Origin: Actinomycetales bacterium mxb001
GTDB lineage: Bacteria; Actinomycetota; Actinomycetes; S36-B12
Assembly (NCBI GenBank): GCA_004379115.1
Contig: NBNH01000442.1
Coordinates: 1-47,661, forward strand
Reading direction: 5' to 3'
DNA length: 47,661 bases
This document shows, one piece after another, positions 20,129-29,039 of this stretch (positions are counted from its first letter, which is position 1; each line of letters begins with the position of its first letter). The notes beneath the pieces were generated by a model that saw nothing but the letters and a program-made list of their open reading frames with translations, was not told the DNA's origin and ran no database searches. Position numbers and translations under genes: made by a program.

Positions 20129-21627
20129 CGATTCGACGCTGGTTGTTCGGTGATCAACTCGGGCCGCATTTCCTCGGGCCCGACGAATCCCCGGGTGACG
20201 ATGGACGTGAGGCCGTGCTCCTCGTGGTGAGCAAGTCTGCCTTCCGACGCCGTCGCTACCACCGCGCGAAGGCGCACCTCCTGCTCTCCGCCATACGGCA
20301 TCGGGCCGCCGAGTTGGGTGATCGCGCTGAGCTTGTCGTCGCCGACGACTATCGCGACGCTGTCGAGACCGTCGGTGGGCGGCTCAGCGTCTGCGATCCG
20401 ACATCCTGGGGTGCACGCAGGCTCGTGCGCCGTATGGGTGCCGACGTGCTGCCATCGCGTGGATTCATGTCGAGCGAAACCGAGTTCGGTGAATGGGCCG
20501 CGCATCGCGGTCGCAAGCGCTTGCTCCAGGAGGACTTCTACCGCCAATCCCGACTGCGTACCGGGATCCTCATGGACGGTGACGAACCGGTGGGCGGTCG
20601 CTGGAACTTCGACGCCGACAATCGACTTCCACCGCCGAAGGGCGCTGTCACACTCGGACTTCCCCATCCCTGGCAGCCGACAGAAGACGACATCGATGCG
20701 GCGGTGCGAGATGAACTTGCGCGGTGGGAGCGAGATGACGGCATCGAGTTCGGTGGCCGTGACGGACCTCGCCTCTTTGCGGCAACGCGGGCCGAGGCAC
20801 TCAAGGCTCTCGATGACTTCGTGACGCATAGGCTTGCCGAGTTCGGCCCCTACGAGGATGCGGCACTGACCGGCGACTGGGCCATGGCTCATAGCCTGCT
20901 CTCCGCACCACTCAACCTGGGACTGCTTCATCCGCGCGAAGCGATCGGCCACGTCGTGAAGGCGCATGCCAACGGTCGGGTGTCGCTGCCCAGCGCGGAG
21001 GGATTTGTTCGCCAGGTCATGGGGTGGCGGGACTACGTGTGGCACCTCTACTGGTATTTCGGCGAGGACTACGTCTCGCGCTCGAATGCCCTGGGCGCCC
21101 ACCAACCCCTGCCCACGTGGTTCGACGACCTGGACGCCGATGCGGTGCAGGCCCGATGCCTCTCGGGCGCACTGGCCGACGTACGCGACCGCGGGTGGAA
21201 TCACCACATACTCCGTCTCATGGTGCTGGGCAACTGGGCCCTGCAGCGCGGATATGACCCCGCCGCGACCACGGATTGGTTCACGCGGAACTACGTCGAC
21301 GCCTATCCGTGGGTGATGGCGGCCAATGTCGTGGGCATGGCGCTGTACGCCGACGGTGGTCAGATGGCCACCAAGCCATATGCGGCGGGAGGCGCCTACA
21401 TCAATCGGATGACCGACTCGTGCAAGGGCTGCGTCTACAAGCCGAGCGAGCGCGTGGGCGAGCGCGGATGCCCATTCACGGCCGGCTACTGGTGGTTCCT
21501 CGATCGGGAGCGGGAGCACCTTGCCGGCAACCATCGCCTTGCCCAGCCCCTCGCATCGCTGGGCCGCCTGTCCGATCGCGAGCAGCTCGTGGAGCAGGAG
21601 GACGCGCGGGGGAGTGCGGCACCGTGA
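20104..21627 (+). CDS. Cryptochrome/photolyase, FeS-BCP (PhrB/CryB-like) (6-4) photolyase type
   Basis: LFGDQL, WNFDADNR, FGPYEDA, HHILRLM, DAYPWV, KPYAAGGAYI; four Cys (ARCL, SCKGC, GCPF); TTG start after GGGAGG is less certain. Confidence 0.9.
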   Translation: MARARSDVAIRRWLFGDQLGPHFLGPDESPGDDGREAVLLVVSKSAFRRRRYHRAKAHLLLSAIRHRAAELGDRAELVVADDYRDAVETVGGRLSVCDPTSWGARRLVRRMGADVLPSRGFMSSETEFGEWAAHRGRKRLLQEDFYRQSRLRTGILMDGDEPVGGRWNFDADNRLPPPKGAVTLGLPHPWQPTEDDIDAAVRDELARWERDDGIEFGGRDGPRLFAATRAEALKALDDFVTHRLAEFGPYEDAALTGDWAMAHSLLSAPLNLGLLHPREAIGHVVKAHANGRVSLPSAEGFVRQVMGWRDYVWHLYWYFGEDYVSRSNALGAHQPLPTWFDDLDADAVQARCLSGALADVRDRGWNHHILRLMVLGNWALQRGYDPAATTDWFTRNYVDAYPWVMAANVVGMALYADGGQMATKPYAAGGAYINRMTDSCKGCVYKPSERVGERGCPFTAGYWWFLDREREHLAGNHRLAQPLASLGRLSDREQLVEQEDARGSAAP

Positions 21628-22451
21628 GCCCTGCAGTGGCGTGGCACCTCGAGCCCGTGTCCGATCCCACCGACGTGCGGCTGACCGCATTTCGAGACTT
21701 GACCGACGTGGATCTGCGGCGCGCGATCGAGGCAACGAACGGTTTGTTCATGGCCGAGGGACTGCTGGTGATCGAGCGCGTCGCATCGATGGGCCTGGCG
21801 ATCGATGCGGTGCTGACCGCCCCCAAGTGGCTCGATCGACTGTCCAGGATCCTGCCCGACTTCTCCGGTCCGATCTTCGTCGCTGATGAGGAGGTCCTGC
21901 GGCAGGTCACCGGCTATCGCGTCCATCGAGGTGCGCTGGCCTGCGTGCAACGACCGGCTGTCCAGCCGCTGAGTCACCTCGTGAGCGCACCCGGCGACCT
22001 GCTGGTTCTTGGTGACCTCGTCGACCACACCAATGTCGGGCTCGCGATGCGGTCCGCGGCGGCCCTGGGCGTGGCGGGTGCGGTCCTGTCGCCAGCCTGC
22101 GCCGATCCGCTCTACCGCCGGGCCGTGAAGTCATCGATGGGGGCGGTGCTGGCCCTGCCGTGGACCCGAGCCGAGAACTGGCCCGACGACCTTGAGCGCC
22201 TAGGTGCCCGGTCGGTTGTCGCCCTGACGCCAGATCCGGATGCCCCGCTGATCGACGAGGTCCTCCGGCGTTCGGGCCATTCCGACGTCGCACTCGTCGT
22301 GGGCTCGGAGGGACCCGGTCTCAGCGCGGGGGAGTTCGCCCGGTGTCAGGAGCGAGCTCGCATTGCCATGGACGCGGGGATCGACTCGCTCAATGTTGCC
22401 GCCGCGGTTGCCGTCGCGTGCTATGCACTGCGCATGCGGAGGACGCCATGA
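21624..22451 (+). CDS. TrmH/SpoU family RNA methyltransferase
   Basis: DHTNVG..RSAAALG, GSEGPGL, DSLNVAAA; GTGA overlap with upstream stop. Confidence 0.9.
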   Translation: MSPAVAWHLEPVSDPTDVRLTAFRDLTDVDLRRAIEATNGLFMAEGLLVIERVASMGLAIDAVLTAPKWLDRLSRILPDFSGPIFVADEEVLRQVTGYRVHRGALACVQRPAVQPLSHLVSAPGDLLVLGDLVDHTNVGLAMRSAAALGVAGAVLSPACADPLYRRAVKSSMGAVLALPWTRAENWPDDLERLGARSVVALTPDPDAPLIDEVLRRSGHSDVALVVGSEGPGLSAGEFARCQERARIAMDAGIDSLNVAAAVAVACYALRMRRTP

Positions 22452-23038
22452 CAGCGGGACGCCTTGTCCTGATCCGACACGGCGAGACGGAATGGAGTCG
22501 TTCGGGACGTCACACCGGCATCACAGACATCCCGTTGACGGCCAACGGTGAAGAGCGCGCGGCCAGCCTGCGCGGGCGACTCGTTGACGTGCATCCGGCG
22601 CTGATTCTGTGCAGTCCCTTGAGCCGAGCACGCCGAACGGCGGAGTTGGCCGGCATGTGGCCGGCAGAGATCGACGATGACCTTCTCGAATGGGACTACG
22701 GAGCCTGGGAGGGCCGCACGACGGCAGACATCCGCCAGGAGCTCCACGACCCGGAGTGGACGGTATGGCAGCAGGAGATTCCCGCGGGGGCGTCGCCCGG
22801 GGAGCAGCCCGAAGACGTCGCGGTCCGGGCGCAGCGGGTCATCCGTCGATGCGCGCCCCTTCTCGGGGACGGCGCGACGTGCGTCCTGGTAGCCCACGGG
22901 CACTTCCTGAGGATTCTCACGGCGACGTGGCTCGGGCTGCCGGCGAGGGATGGGCGACTCTGGGTCCTCGACGCGGGCGCGGTATCGATGCTGGGGTTCG
23001 AGCGCACGCAGCGCGCCATCGTGACGTGGAACTGCTGA
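22448..23038 (+). CDS. Histidine phosphatase (phosphoglycerate mutase-like) family protein
   Basis: LIRHGETEWS, SPLSRA, EWDYG.WEG, VAHGH. Confidence 0.9.
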   Translation: MTAGRLVLIRHGETEWSRSGRHTGITDIPLTANGEERAASLRGRLVDVHPALILCSPLSRARRTAELAGMWPAEIDDDLLEWDYGAWEGRTTADIRQELHDPEWTVWQQEIPAGASPGEQPEDVAVRAQRVIRRCAPLLGDGATCVLVAHGHFLRILTATWLGLPARDGRLWVLDAGAVSMLGFERTQRAIVTWNC

Positions 23039-23066
23039 ACCACGACCTACGCCCTACGATGTCCGC

Positions 23067-24272
23067 ATGAGCCCCCTACGGATCACCTCCCTCGTGGCCG
23101 CGTCCGTCCTCCTGGCCGGGTGCGCGGCCGGAGCCTCGTCGACGTCGTCGGTCGATTCGACGGGGGCCGTGACATCGCCCGATGCCAGTGCCCCGGCCAT
23201 GGCTGATCCGGCTGTGCCCGCGGGGGGCGACGCCGCCGGCATCGTGTCCGTCGGCTTGGCGGAGGCCTACACCCCGACCCCCCAGGGCTCATCGACCGAC
23301 GACTACCGCTGCTTCCTCATCGACACCGGCCTGCCCGAGGACCGCTTCATCACCGGCGTTCGCTTCCTTCCCGATAACCCCGAGGTCGTCCACCACGCGA
23401 TCCTGTACCGCGTCCAGCCTGGCCAGCTCAAGAGTGCTCAGGCCCGCGACGAGGAAGATCCCGGCCAGGGCTGGCAGTGCTTTGGTGGCCCCGACCTCCC
23501 GGCCGTTGCCGATGATGACAACGGCGTGCGCTCGCTCGACTCGGCCCCGTGGCTCGCAGCATGGGCACCCGGTGGTCGAGAGTCCCGCTATCCCGAGGGC
23601 ACGGGCGTCTTCCTGCCCGCCGGAAGCAGCGTGATCCTGCAGGTCCACTACAACACCTTGGCCGGCACGGGACCTGACATGACGTCCGTGCAGTTGCGCA
23701 CCGAACCCGGCACATCCGACCTTCGCAAACTCGAGACGATCCTGCTCCCTGCACCGGTCGAGTTGCCCTGCGCGCCCGACGAGAGCGGCCCGTTGTGCGA
23801 CCGCGAGACCGCGGTCGCGGACACCATCGACCGATTCGGTGGCGAAGCGCTGCGCACTATCTGGGGCCTGCAGTTCATCTGCGGGGGAGACCTGGTCGAG
23901 CCCAAGGCGGGCGCCACCCAGTCGTGTACGCACGATGTGAGCCAAGACATGACCGTCTACGCCGCCGCAGGGCACATGCATCTGCTGGGGCGCGCCATCA
24001 CGATCGTGGCCAATGCTGGAACCGATCGGGAGAAGGTCCTCCTCGATGTGGAGACCTACGATTTCGATCGCCAGGGCGGCATCCCGCTGGCAAAGCCCGT
24101 CGAGCTCAAGGCCGGTGACGCCGTCACGGTCACCTGCACCCACGACACGGGCCTACGCAAGCTCCTGCCCTCGCTCCAGGAGACTGAGCCTCGCTACATC
24201 GTGTGGGGCGATGGAACGACCGACGAAATGTGCTTGGGAATCCTCACGGCGGCCGCTAAGACTGGAGCATGA
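23067..24272 (+). CDS. Putative lipoprotein copper type II ascorbate-dependent monooxygenase (PHM/DBH-like)
   Basis: Lipobox LLAGC; DDYRCF, VVHH, WAPG, LQVHY, GHMHLLG, TTDEMC. Confidence 0.8.
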   Translation: MSPLRITSLVAASVLLAGCAAGASSTSSVDSTGAVTSPDASAPAMADPAVPAGGDAAGIVSVGLAEAYTPTPQGSSTDDYRCFLIDTGLPEDRFITGVRFLPDNPEVVHHAILYRVQPGQLKSAQARDEEDPGQGWQCFGGPDLPAVADDDNGVRSLDSAPWLAAWAPGGRESRYPEGTGVFLPAGSSVILQVHYNTLAGTGPDMTSVQLRTEPGTSDLRKLETILLPAPVELPCAPDESGPLCDRETAVADTIDRFGGEALRTIWGLQFICGGDLVEPKAGATQSCTHDVSQDMTVYAAAGHMHLLGRAITIVANAGTDREKVLLDVETYDFDRQGGIPLAKPVELKAGDAVTVTCTHDTGLRKLLPSLQETEPRYIVWGDGTTDEMCLGILTAAAKTGA

Positions 24273-25012
24273 CCGGCTGGTCTCGTGCGCGCATCGCTCT
24301 GGGGATTGCCGTCGTCATGGCGGCATCGGCATCCATCCTTGTCGCCCTGATCGCAGCTGGGGCCGCTGCCGGCCTGCATGCGGTTGTGGGCCAAAGCGGT
24401 GTACTCGGCCAAGACCTTGGCGTGCTCGCGGCCGATCCGCCCGGGGTCGCGGTTCTCGTCGACGGGGTCGAAGCCAGCATCTCCGCCGATGGGGTTCCCG
24501 GGTCAGCCGCTGACGCACTCGCACTCGCGGGCACGAGCACCGACGATCTCGTCGCGGCCTACGGAGACTTCGTCCTCCTGGCCACCCCCACCGAACAGGG
24601 GGACGTCTTCCTCGGCATCGCGGATCCTGGCGCGGTCGACGGCTATCTGGTGGGCGCCCCCTATGCGGTCGCCGAGCGGGGACCCGATGGCATGTGGCGC
24701 TCGGTTGACGTTCCCGGCCAAGCGACTCCGTCGCCGCCCGGAACCGCCGTGCCGTGGACGGCCGCATCGACCGGCCGACCCGCCATGCTGGACGCCAATG
24801 GACTGACCGGCCGCACCCTCGTGCTGATGCGTCCCGATGCGTCGCCCGGCGTCAGCGCCGATCTTCGACTGGAATACCGCGTGCCCCAGGCACCGCGGGC
24901 GCTGCAGTCCCTGGCCATCGTGGCCGGCGCCTGCGGCGTCGGCGGCCTGTTGCTCCTGCTGCTGGGCTGCTGGCTTGTCGTGGGTCGACGGCCTCCGGGT
25001 CGGCACGCATGA
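24269..25012 (+). CDS. Hypothetical membrane protein (N- and C-terminal TM helices)
   Basis: Hydrophobic termini, basic C-tail GRRPPGRHA; ATGA overlaps at both ends. Confidence 0.7.
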   Translation: MTGWSRARIALGIAVVMAASASILVALIAAGAAAGLHAVVGQSGVLGQDLGVLAADPPGVAVLVDGVEASISADGVPGSAADALALAGTSTDDLVAAYGDFVLLATPTEQGDVFLGIADPGAVDGYLVGAPYAVAERGPDGMWRSVDVPGQATPSPPGTAVPWTAASTGRPAMLDANGLTGRTLVLMRPDASPGVSADLRLEYRVPQAPRALQSLAIVAGACGVGGLLLLLLGCWLVVGRRPPGRHA

Positions 25013-25596
25013 CACAGCGCGAGGCAGACGAAGCCGCCTACGACCGCATCTTCACGGTGCCCAATGCGTTGAGTGTCCTGCGCCTGCTGCTCATTCCGGT
25101 CTTCCTGTGGCTGGTCCTGGTGGAGCGGGCAGATCTGTGGGGAGTGTTCGTCCTTGCCGTCTCCGGCATCACCGACTACCTCGATGGGGTGATCGCGCGA
25201 CGGACGGGCCAGATCACCCGTGTCGGGCAGATCCTCGACCCACTGGTCGACCGCCTCACCATCGCGGCGACTCTGATCGGCCTCGCACTGCGCGACCTCA
25301 TTCCCTGGTGGCTTGTGGGACTGCTCGTGTTGCGCGAGCTCGTGCTCCTTGCGCTCGTTCCCGCGCTGCAACGCCACGGCCTCACGGCGCTGCCCGTGCA
25401 CTACCTCGGCAAGGCGGCGACGTTCGCCCTGTTCTGGGGCTTCCCCTTCGTCCTCGTGGGTGCGGGTACGGCGGCCTGGGAACAGGTCCTCGGCGCCCTG
25501 GGGTGGGCGTTCGTGATCTGGGGTACTGCGCTGTACTGGTATGCGGCGGTGCTCTACGTCGACCAGGCGCGAAGGGTGCTGCGAGCCGGGAGGTAG
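25009..25596 (+). CDS. CDP-alcohol phosphatidyltransferase (PgsA2/eukaryote-type cardiolipin synthase-like)
   Basis: TVPNALS..R, TDYLDG.IAR...G..LDP..DR motif, GKAATF; start ATG 25009. Confidence 0.88.
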   Translation: MTQREADEAAYDRIFTVPNALSVLRLLLIPVFLWLVLVERADLWGVFVLAVSGITDYLDGVIARRTGQITRVGQILDPLVDRLTIAATLIGLALRDLIPWWLVGLLVLRELVLLALVPALQRHGLTALPVHYLGKAATFALFWGFPFVLVGAGTAAWEQVLGALGWAFVIWGTALYWYAAVLYVDQARRVLRAGR

Positions 25597-25598
25597 CC

Positions 25599-28106
25599 AT
25601 GCGCGCGGTCGTGATGGCCGGTGGACTCGGCAGTCGCCTGCGCCCTCTCACCACCTCACTACCCAAGCCGCTGCTGCCCGTCGTGGGCCGGCCGATGCTG
25701 GCCCACATCCTGAGGTTGGCTCGTGAGCACGGCGTGACAGACGCGACCATCACCGTGCAGCACTTGGCGTCCGTCATCCGTGCGTACCTCGGCGACGGGT
25801 CGGACCTGGGTCTCTCGCTCGACTACGCCACGGAGCATCGTCCCCTCGGCACCGCGGGCGGTGTGCGCGAGGCCGCACGTGACTTCGCGGATGACTTCCT
25901 GGTGTTGTCGGGTGACGCGGTCACCGACATCGACCTGTCGGCCCTCATGGCCGTGCATCGCGACAGCGGCGCGCTCATCACGCTGTGTCTGGCACGTCGC
26001 TCGGATCCCCGGGAGTTCGGGGTGGTAGACGTCGACGATGACGGACGCGTACGGCGGTTCCTCGAGAAGCCCGCCTGGGGTGAAGTGTTCACCGATGCCG
26101 TGAGCACCGGTATCTACGCCGTCTCACCGGCCGCCGTCCGCCTGATCCCGAGCGCTGACGCCCAGGACTGGTCGGCCGACGTCCTGCCTCGCCTCCTGGC
26201 CGATGGCCGCCACGTGGGTGCGTATGTGAGCGGCGGCTACTGGGAGGACGTGGGCGATATCGCCGCCTACCGGCGCGTTCAGGTGGACGTGCTCGAACGC
26301 AAGGTCGACCTCGATATCCCCGGAGTCGAGCGGTTCCCCGGCGTCTGGGTGGGGGACGGGGTGAGCATCGATCCGGGATCCGTCATCGCGGGGCCCGCGT
26401 TCATCGGCGCCCACTCCGCGCTCGAAGAGGGCTCGAGCGTTCTCGCCCACTCGGTCATCGGTGCCAACTCGGTGATCCGTCGCGGGGCCACTATCGAACG
26501 CTCCGTGCTCCTCGATGGCGTGTACGCCGGAATCGACACGTCGATGCGTGGTTGCGTTGTCGGTCGATCGGTTGAGATCGGCAGCGGGACCAGCATCGGT
26601 GAAGGCGCCGTCATCGCGGACGAATGCTCCTTGGAGCAGGAGGTCGATGTCACCCCCGGCAGCCTCATCTATCCCGGCAAGACCATCGAGGCCGGCACAA
26701 TCGTGCACGGAGCCGTCGTGTGGGATGCGCAGGGTCATCGCCACCGCGTCACGGCCGGTGGCATCTCGGGGACCGTGTCCGTGGACGTGACACCCGACAC
26801 CGCGGTGCGACTGGCTTCCGCCTTGGCGAGCACCCTGCCCAAGGGCAGCGCCATCGCCGTTGGTCGCGATCACTCACGAATGGCTCGGGCCTATGCGGGG
26901 CTTCTCTCCGGCGCCTTCACGGCGGCAGGCCTCGACGTACGCGATCACCGCGTGGTGCCCACTCCTGTCCTACGTCACGACGTGGCCCGACACAGTTCCG
27001 CCGGCGTCATGGTGCGGGCCACGCCCGGACGCCCCGAGCACCTCGACATCGTCATCCTCGACGAGCTCGGCCGCGACATCGGCGAATCGGATGCGCGTCG
27101 TGTCGAGCGAATCTATGAGCGTCGCGAGTTCCGTCGTCCGTTTCCGGGTGAGGTGGGCGACCTGCTCCTACCCGAGCATGCCCTCGACGACTATGCCGCC
27201 ACACTGCGCGCGAAGATCTCGTTGGAGGGTGTCTCGTCCGCCAACCTCACCGTCGTCGTCGATGCCTCAGGTGGAAGCTCATCGCTGGTGCTCCCCACCG
27301 TGCTCGCTGGCGTCGACGTCGACCTGGTGATGCTCGGGGGACGGATCGAGGTAGCGAGGGCCACTCCCTCGGAGGACGACCGCGTCACGGGGCTGCGCCT
27401 GCTTGCTGAGCGAGTCGTCGCGACCGGCGCCAGCATGGGCCTATCCATTGATTCGACCGGCGAGCGCCTGGCGATCGTCGATGAACTCGGGCAGGTACTC
27501 GATGACGACCGCGCCCTGCTGGTCGTCCTGGACCTCGTCGCTGCCGAGAGCGGACACGGCCATGTGCTCCTTCCGGTGACTGCCTCACGGGTCGCTGAGC
27601 GCGTATGCGCCTTCCACGGCATCGACGTCACTCGGGTGCCGCTGGCCCAGACGTTCCGGTCGACGCACGACGACGGCACCGAGGTCCTGCTGCGATCGGA
27701 TGGCCAGGGCGGATTCTCCGTGGGGGGACTCGGCGGGCAGCGCGACGCCGTGGCGACCGCGGTGGCCCTGCTGGGCCTCGTGGCCCGCACCCAACTGACG
27801 TTGAGCGCGATCGATGCCCGCATCCCGCGCACCGTGTCAGTGCGCCATGGCGTCCCCACACCCTGGGCCGCCAAGGGGGCCGTCATGCGCGCGGTGCATG
27901 AACGGGCCGGTGGCCGCGACGTGGATCTGACCGATGGCGTGCGCGTCGTCGAAGCAGACGGGTCGTGGTGCCTCATGATTCCCGACGCCCACGAGCCCCT
28001 GACCCGCGTCTGGATCGAAGCACCCACATACGCGCGGGCCATGCAGGTCGGCGAGGAGTGGTCGAGGCTGATCGACGAGACGTCAGCGTCCGAAGGTCGA
28101 CCCTGA
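25599..28106 (+). CDS. Mannose-1-phosphate guanylyltransferase fused to LbH repeats and a phosphomannomutase-like domain
   Basis: MAGGLGSRLRPLT..PKPLLPV, PLGTAG, FLEKP, GYWEDVG; hexapeptide repeats; C-terminal VGRD and DGVRV...W.L..PD..EP; GGAGG SD before ATG 25599. Confidence 0.88.
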   Translation: MRAVVMAGGLGSRLRPLTTSLPKPLLPVVGRPMLAHILRLAREHGVTDATITVQHLASVIRAYLGDGSDLGLSLDYATEHRPLGTAGGVREAARDFADDFLVLSGDAVTDIDLSALMAVHRDSGALITLCLARRSDPREFGVVDVDDDGRVRRFLEKPAWGEVFTDAVSTGIYAVSPAAVRLIPSADAQDWSADVLPRLLADGRHVGAYVSGGYWEDVGDIAAYRRVQVDVLERKVDLDIPGVERFPGVWVGDGVSIDPGSVIAGPAFIGAHSALEEGSSVLAHSVIGANSVIRRGATIERSVLLDGVYAGIDTSMRGCVVGRSVEIGSGTSIGEGAVIADECSLEQEVDVTPGSLIYPGKTIEAGTIVHGAVVWDAQGHRHRVTAGGISGTVSVDVTPDTAVRLASALASTLPKGSAIAVGRDHSRMARAYAGLLSGAFTAAGLDVRDHRVVPTPVLRHDVARHSSAGVMVRATPGRPEHLDIVILDELGRDIGESDARRVERIYERREFRRPFPGEVGDLLLPEHALDDYAATLRAKISLEGVSSANLTVVVDASGGSSSLVLPTVLAGVDVDLVMLGGRIEVARATPSEDDRVTGLRLLAERVVATGASMGLSIDSTGERLAIVDELGQVLDDDRALLVVLDLVAAESGHGHVLLPVTASRVAERVCAFHGIDVTRVPLAQTFRSTHDDGTEVLLRSDGQGGFSVGGLGGQRDAVATAVALLGLVARTQLTLSAIDARIPRTVSVRHGVPTPWAAKGAVMRAVHERAGGRDVDLTDGVRVVEADGSWCLMIPDAHEPLTRVWIEAPTYARAMQVGEEWSRLIDETSASEGRP

Positions 28107-28176
28107 GGGGTGTCCTTGCCCCGGACCGAGCCGCCGGATAGGTTCGGCGGCAACAGACCAGCACGAGGGAGCAGCC

Positions 28177-28554
28177 ATGGTTCCGGAGGATGCCCGATAC
28201 ACGCGTGAGCACGAGTGGCTGCGCGAGACCTCGGACGGCACCATCGTGTTCGGCATCACCGACTACGCACAGGACGCCTTGGGCGACATCGTCTACGTCG
28301 ACCTGCCGGCCGTGGGCACCAAGCTCACTGCCCACACGCCGTGCGGTGAGGTGGAGTCCACCAAGAGCGTGAGCGAGCTCTACTCGCCCGTCAGCGGCGA
28401 GGTCGTCACGGTCAATCCACGACTGTCTGATGCTCCCGAGACCGTGAACTCCGACCCCTACGGAGACGGATGGATGGTCGAGGTGCGTCCGAGCGAACCG
28501 CTCGCCGACATTCTCGAGGCGGCTGACTACCGCGCCCTCATCGGCGAAGGCTGA
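28177..28554 (+). CDS. gcvH: Glycine cleavage system H protein
   Basis: HEW, GITDYAQDALGDIVYV, ESTKSVSE (lipoyl Lys), NSDPYGDGW. Confidence 0.96.
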   Translation: MVPEDARYTREHEWLRETSDGTIVFGITDYAQDALGDIVYVDLPAVGTKLTAHTPCGEVESTKSVSELYSPVSGEVVTVNPRLSDAPETVNSDPYGDGWMVEVRPSEPLADILEAADYRALIGEG

Positions 28555-29039
28555 TGGACGAAGCCGGCACCTGCACGCACATCGCTGATCCCGGCGATCG
28601 CTTCTGCCGTCGCTGTGGTGCCGCCCTCGATGCCCCCGTCGAGGAGACGTTTGTTCGTACGTCGGGGCCAGCCTCCACGGGCTCCCTGCCCGCGGTGGGT
28701 TCCGGGCTCATCACGGGGGTGCCCGAAGGTGAGGGCGTCCTCGTCGTCCGTCGTGGCGCGGGGGAGGGCACGACGTACCTGCTCGCCGGCGACATCGTCA
28801 CGGCCGGACGTGAGCCCGAGAGCGACCTGTTCCTCGACGATGTCACGGTGAGCCGTCGCCATGCTGAACTCCGCCGCACTCCCGAGGGATGGCGCATCCG
28901 CGACACCGAGAGCCTCAATGGCACCTACGTCAATCGCCGTCGCGTCGAGGATCAACTGCTCGCGCCCGGTGACGAGGTGCAGATCGGCAAGTACCGCTTC
29001 GCCTACCTCGTCGGAGGGGACACCGGGGCATCCCGGTGA
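28554..29039 (+). CDS. garA: FHA-domain protein, GarA/OdhI-like, with N-terminal Cys-rich knuckle
   Basis: AGR, FLDDVTVSRRHA, SLNGTYVN, GDEVQIGKYR; position between gcvH and merR. Confidence 0.8.
   Translation: MDEAGTCTHIADPGDRFCRRCGAALDAPVEETFVRTSGPASTGSLPAVGSGLITGVPEGEGVLVVRRGAGEGTTYLLAGDIVTAGREPESDLFLDDVTVSRRHAELRRTPEGWRIRDTESLNGTYVNRRRVEDQLLAPGDEVQIGKYRFAYLVGGDTGASR

Noticed and set aside
24837-28106. 1089-aa giant ORF
   Set aside because: The extension overlaps two credible genes; the real start is ATG 25599 with a GGAGG SD
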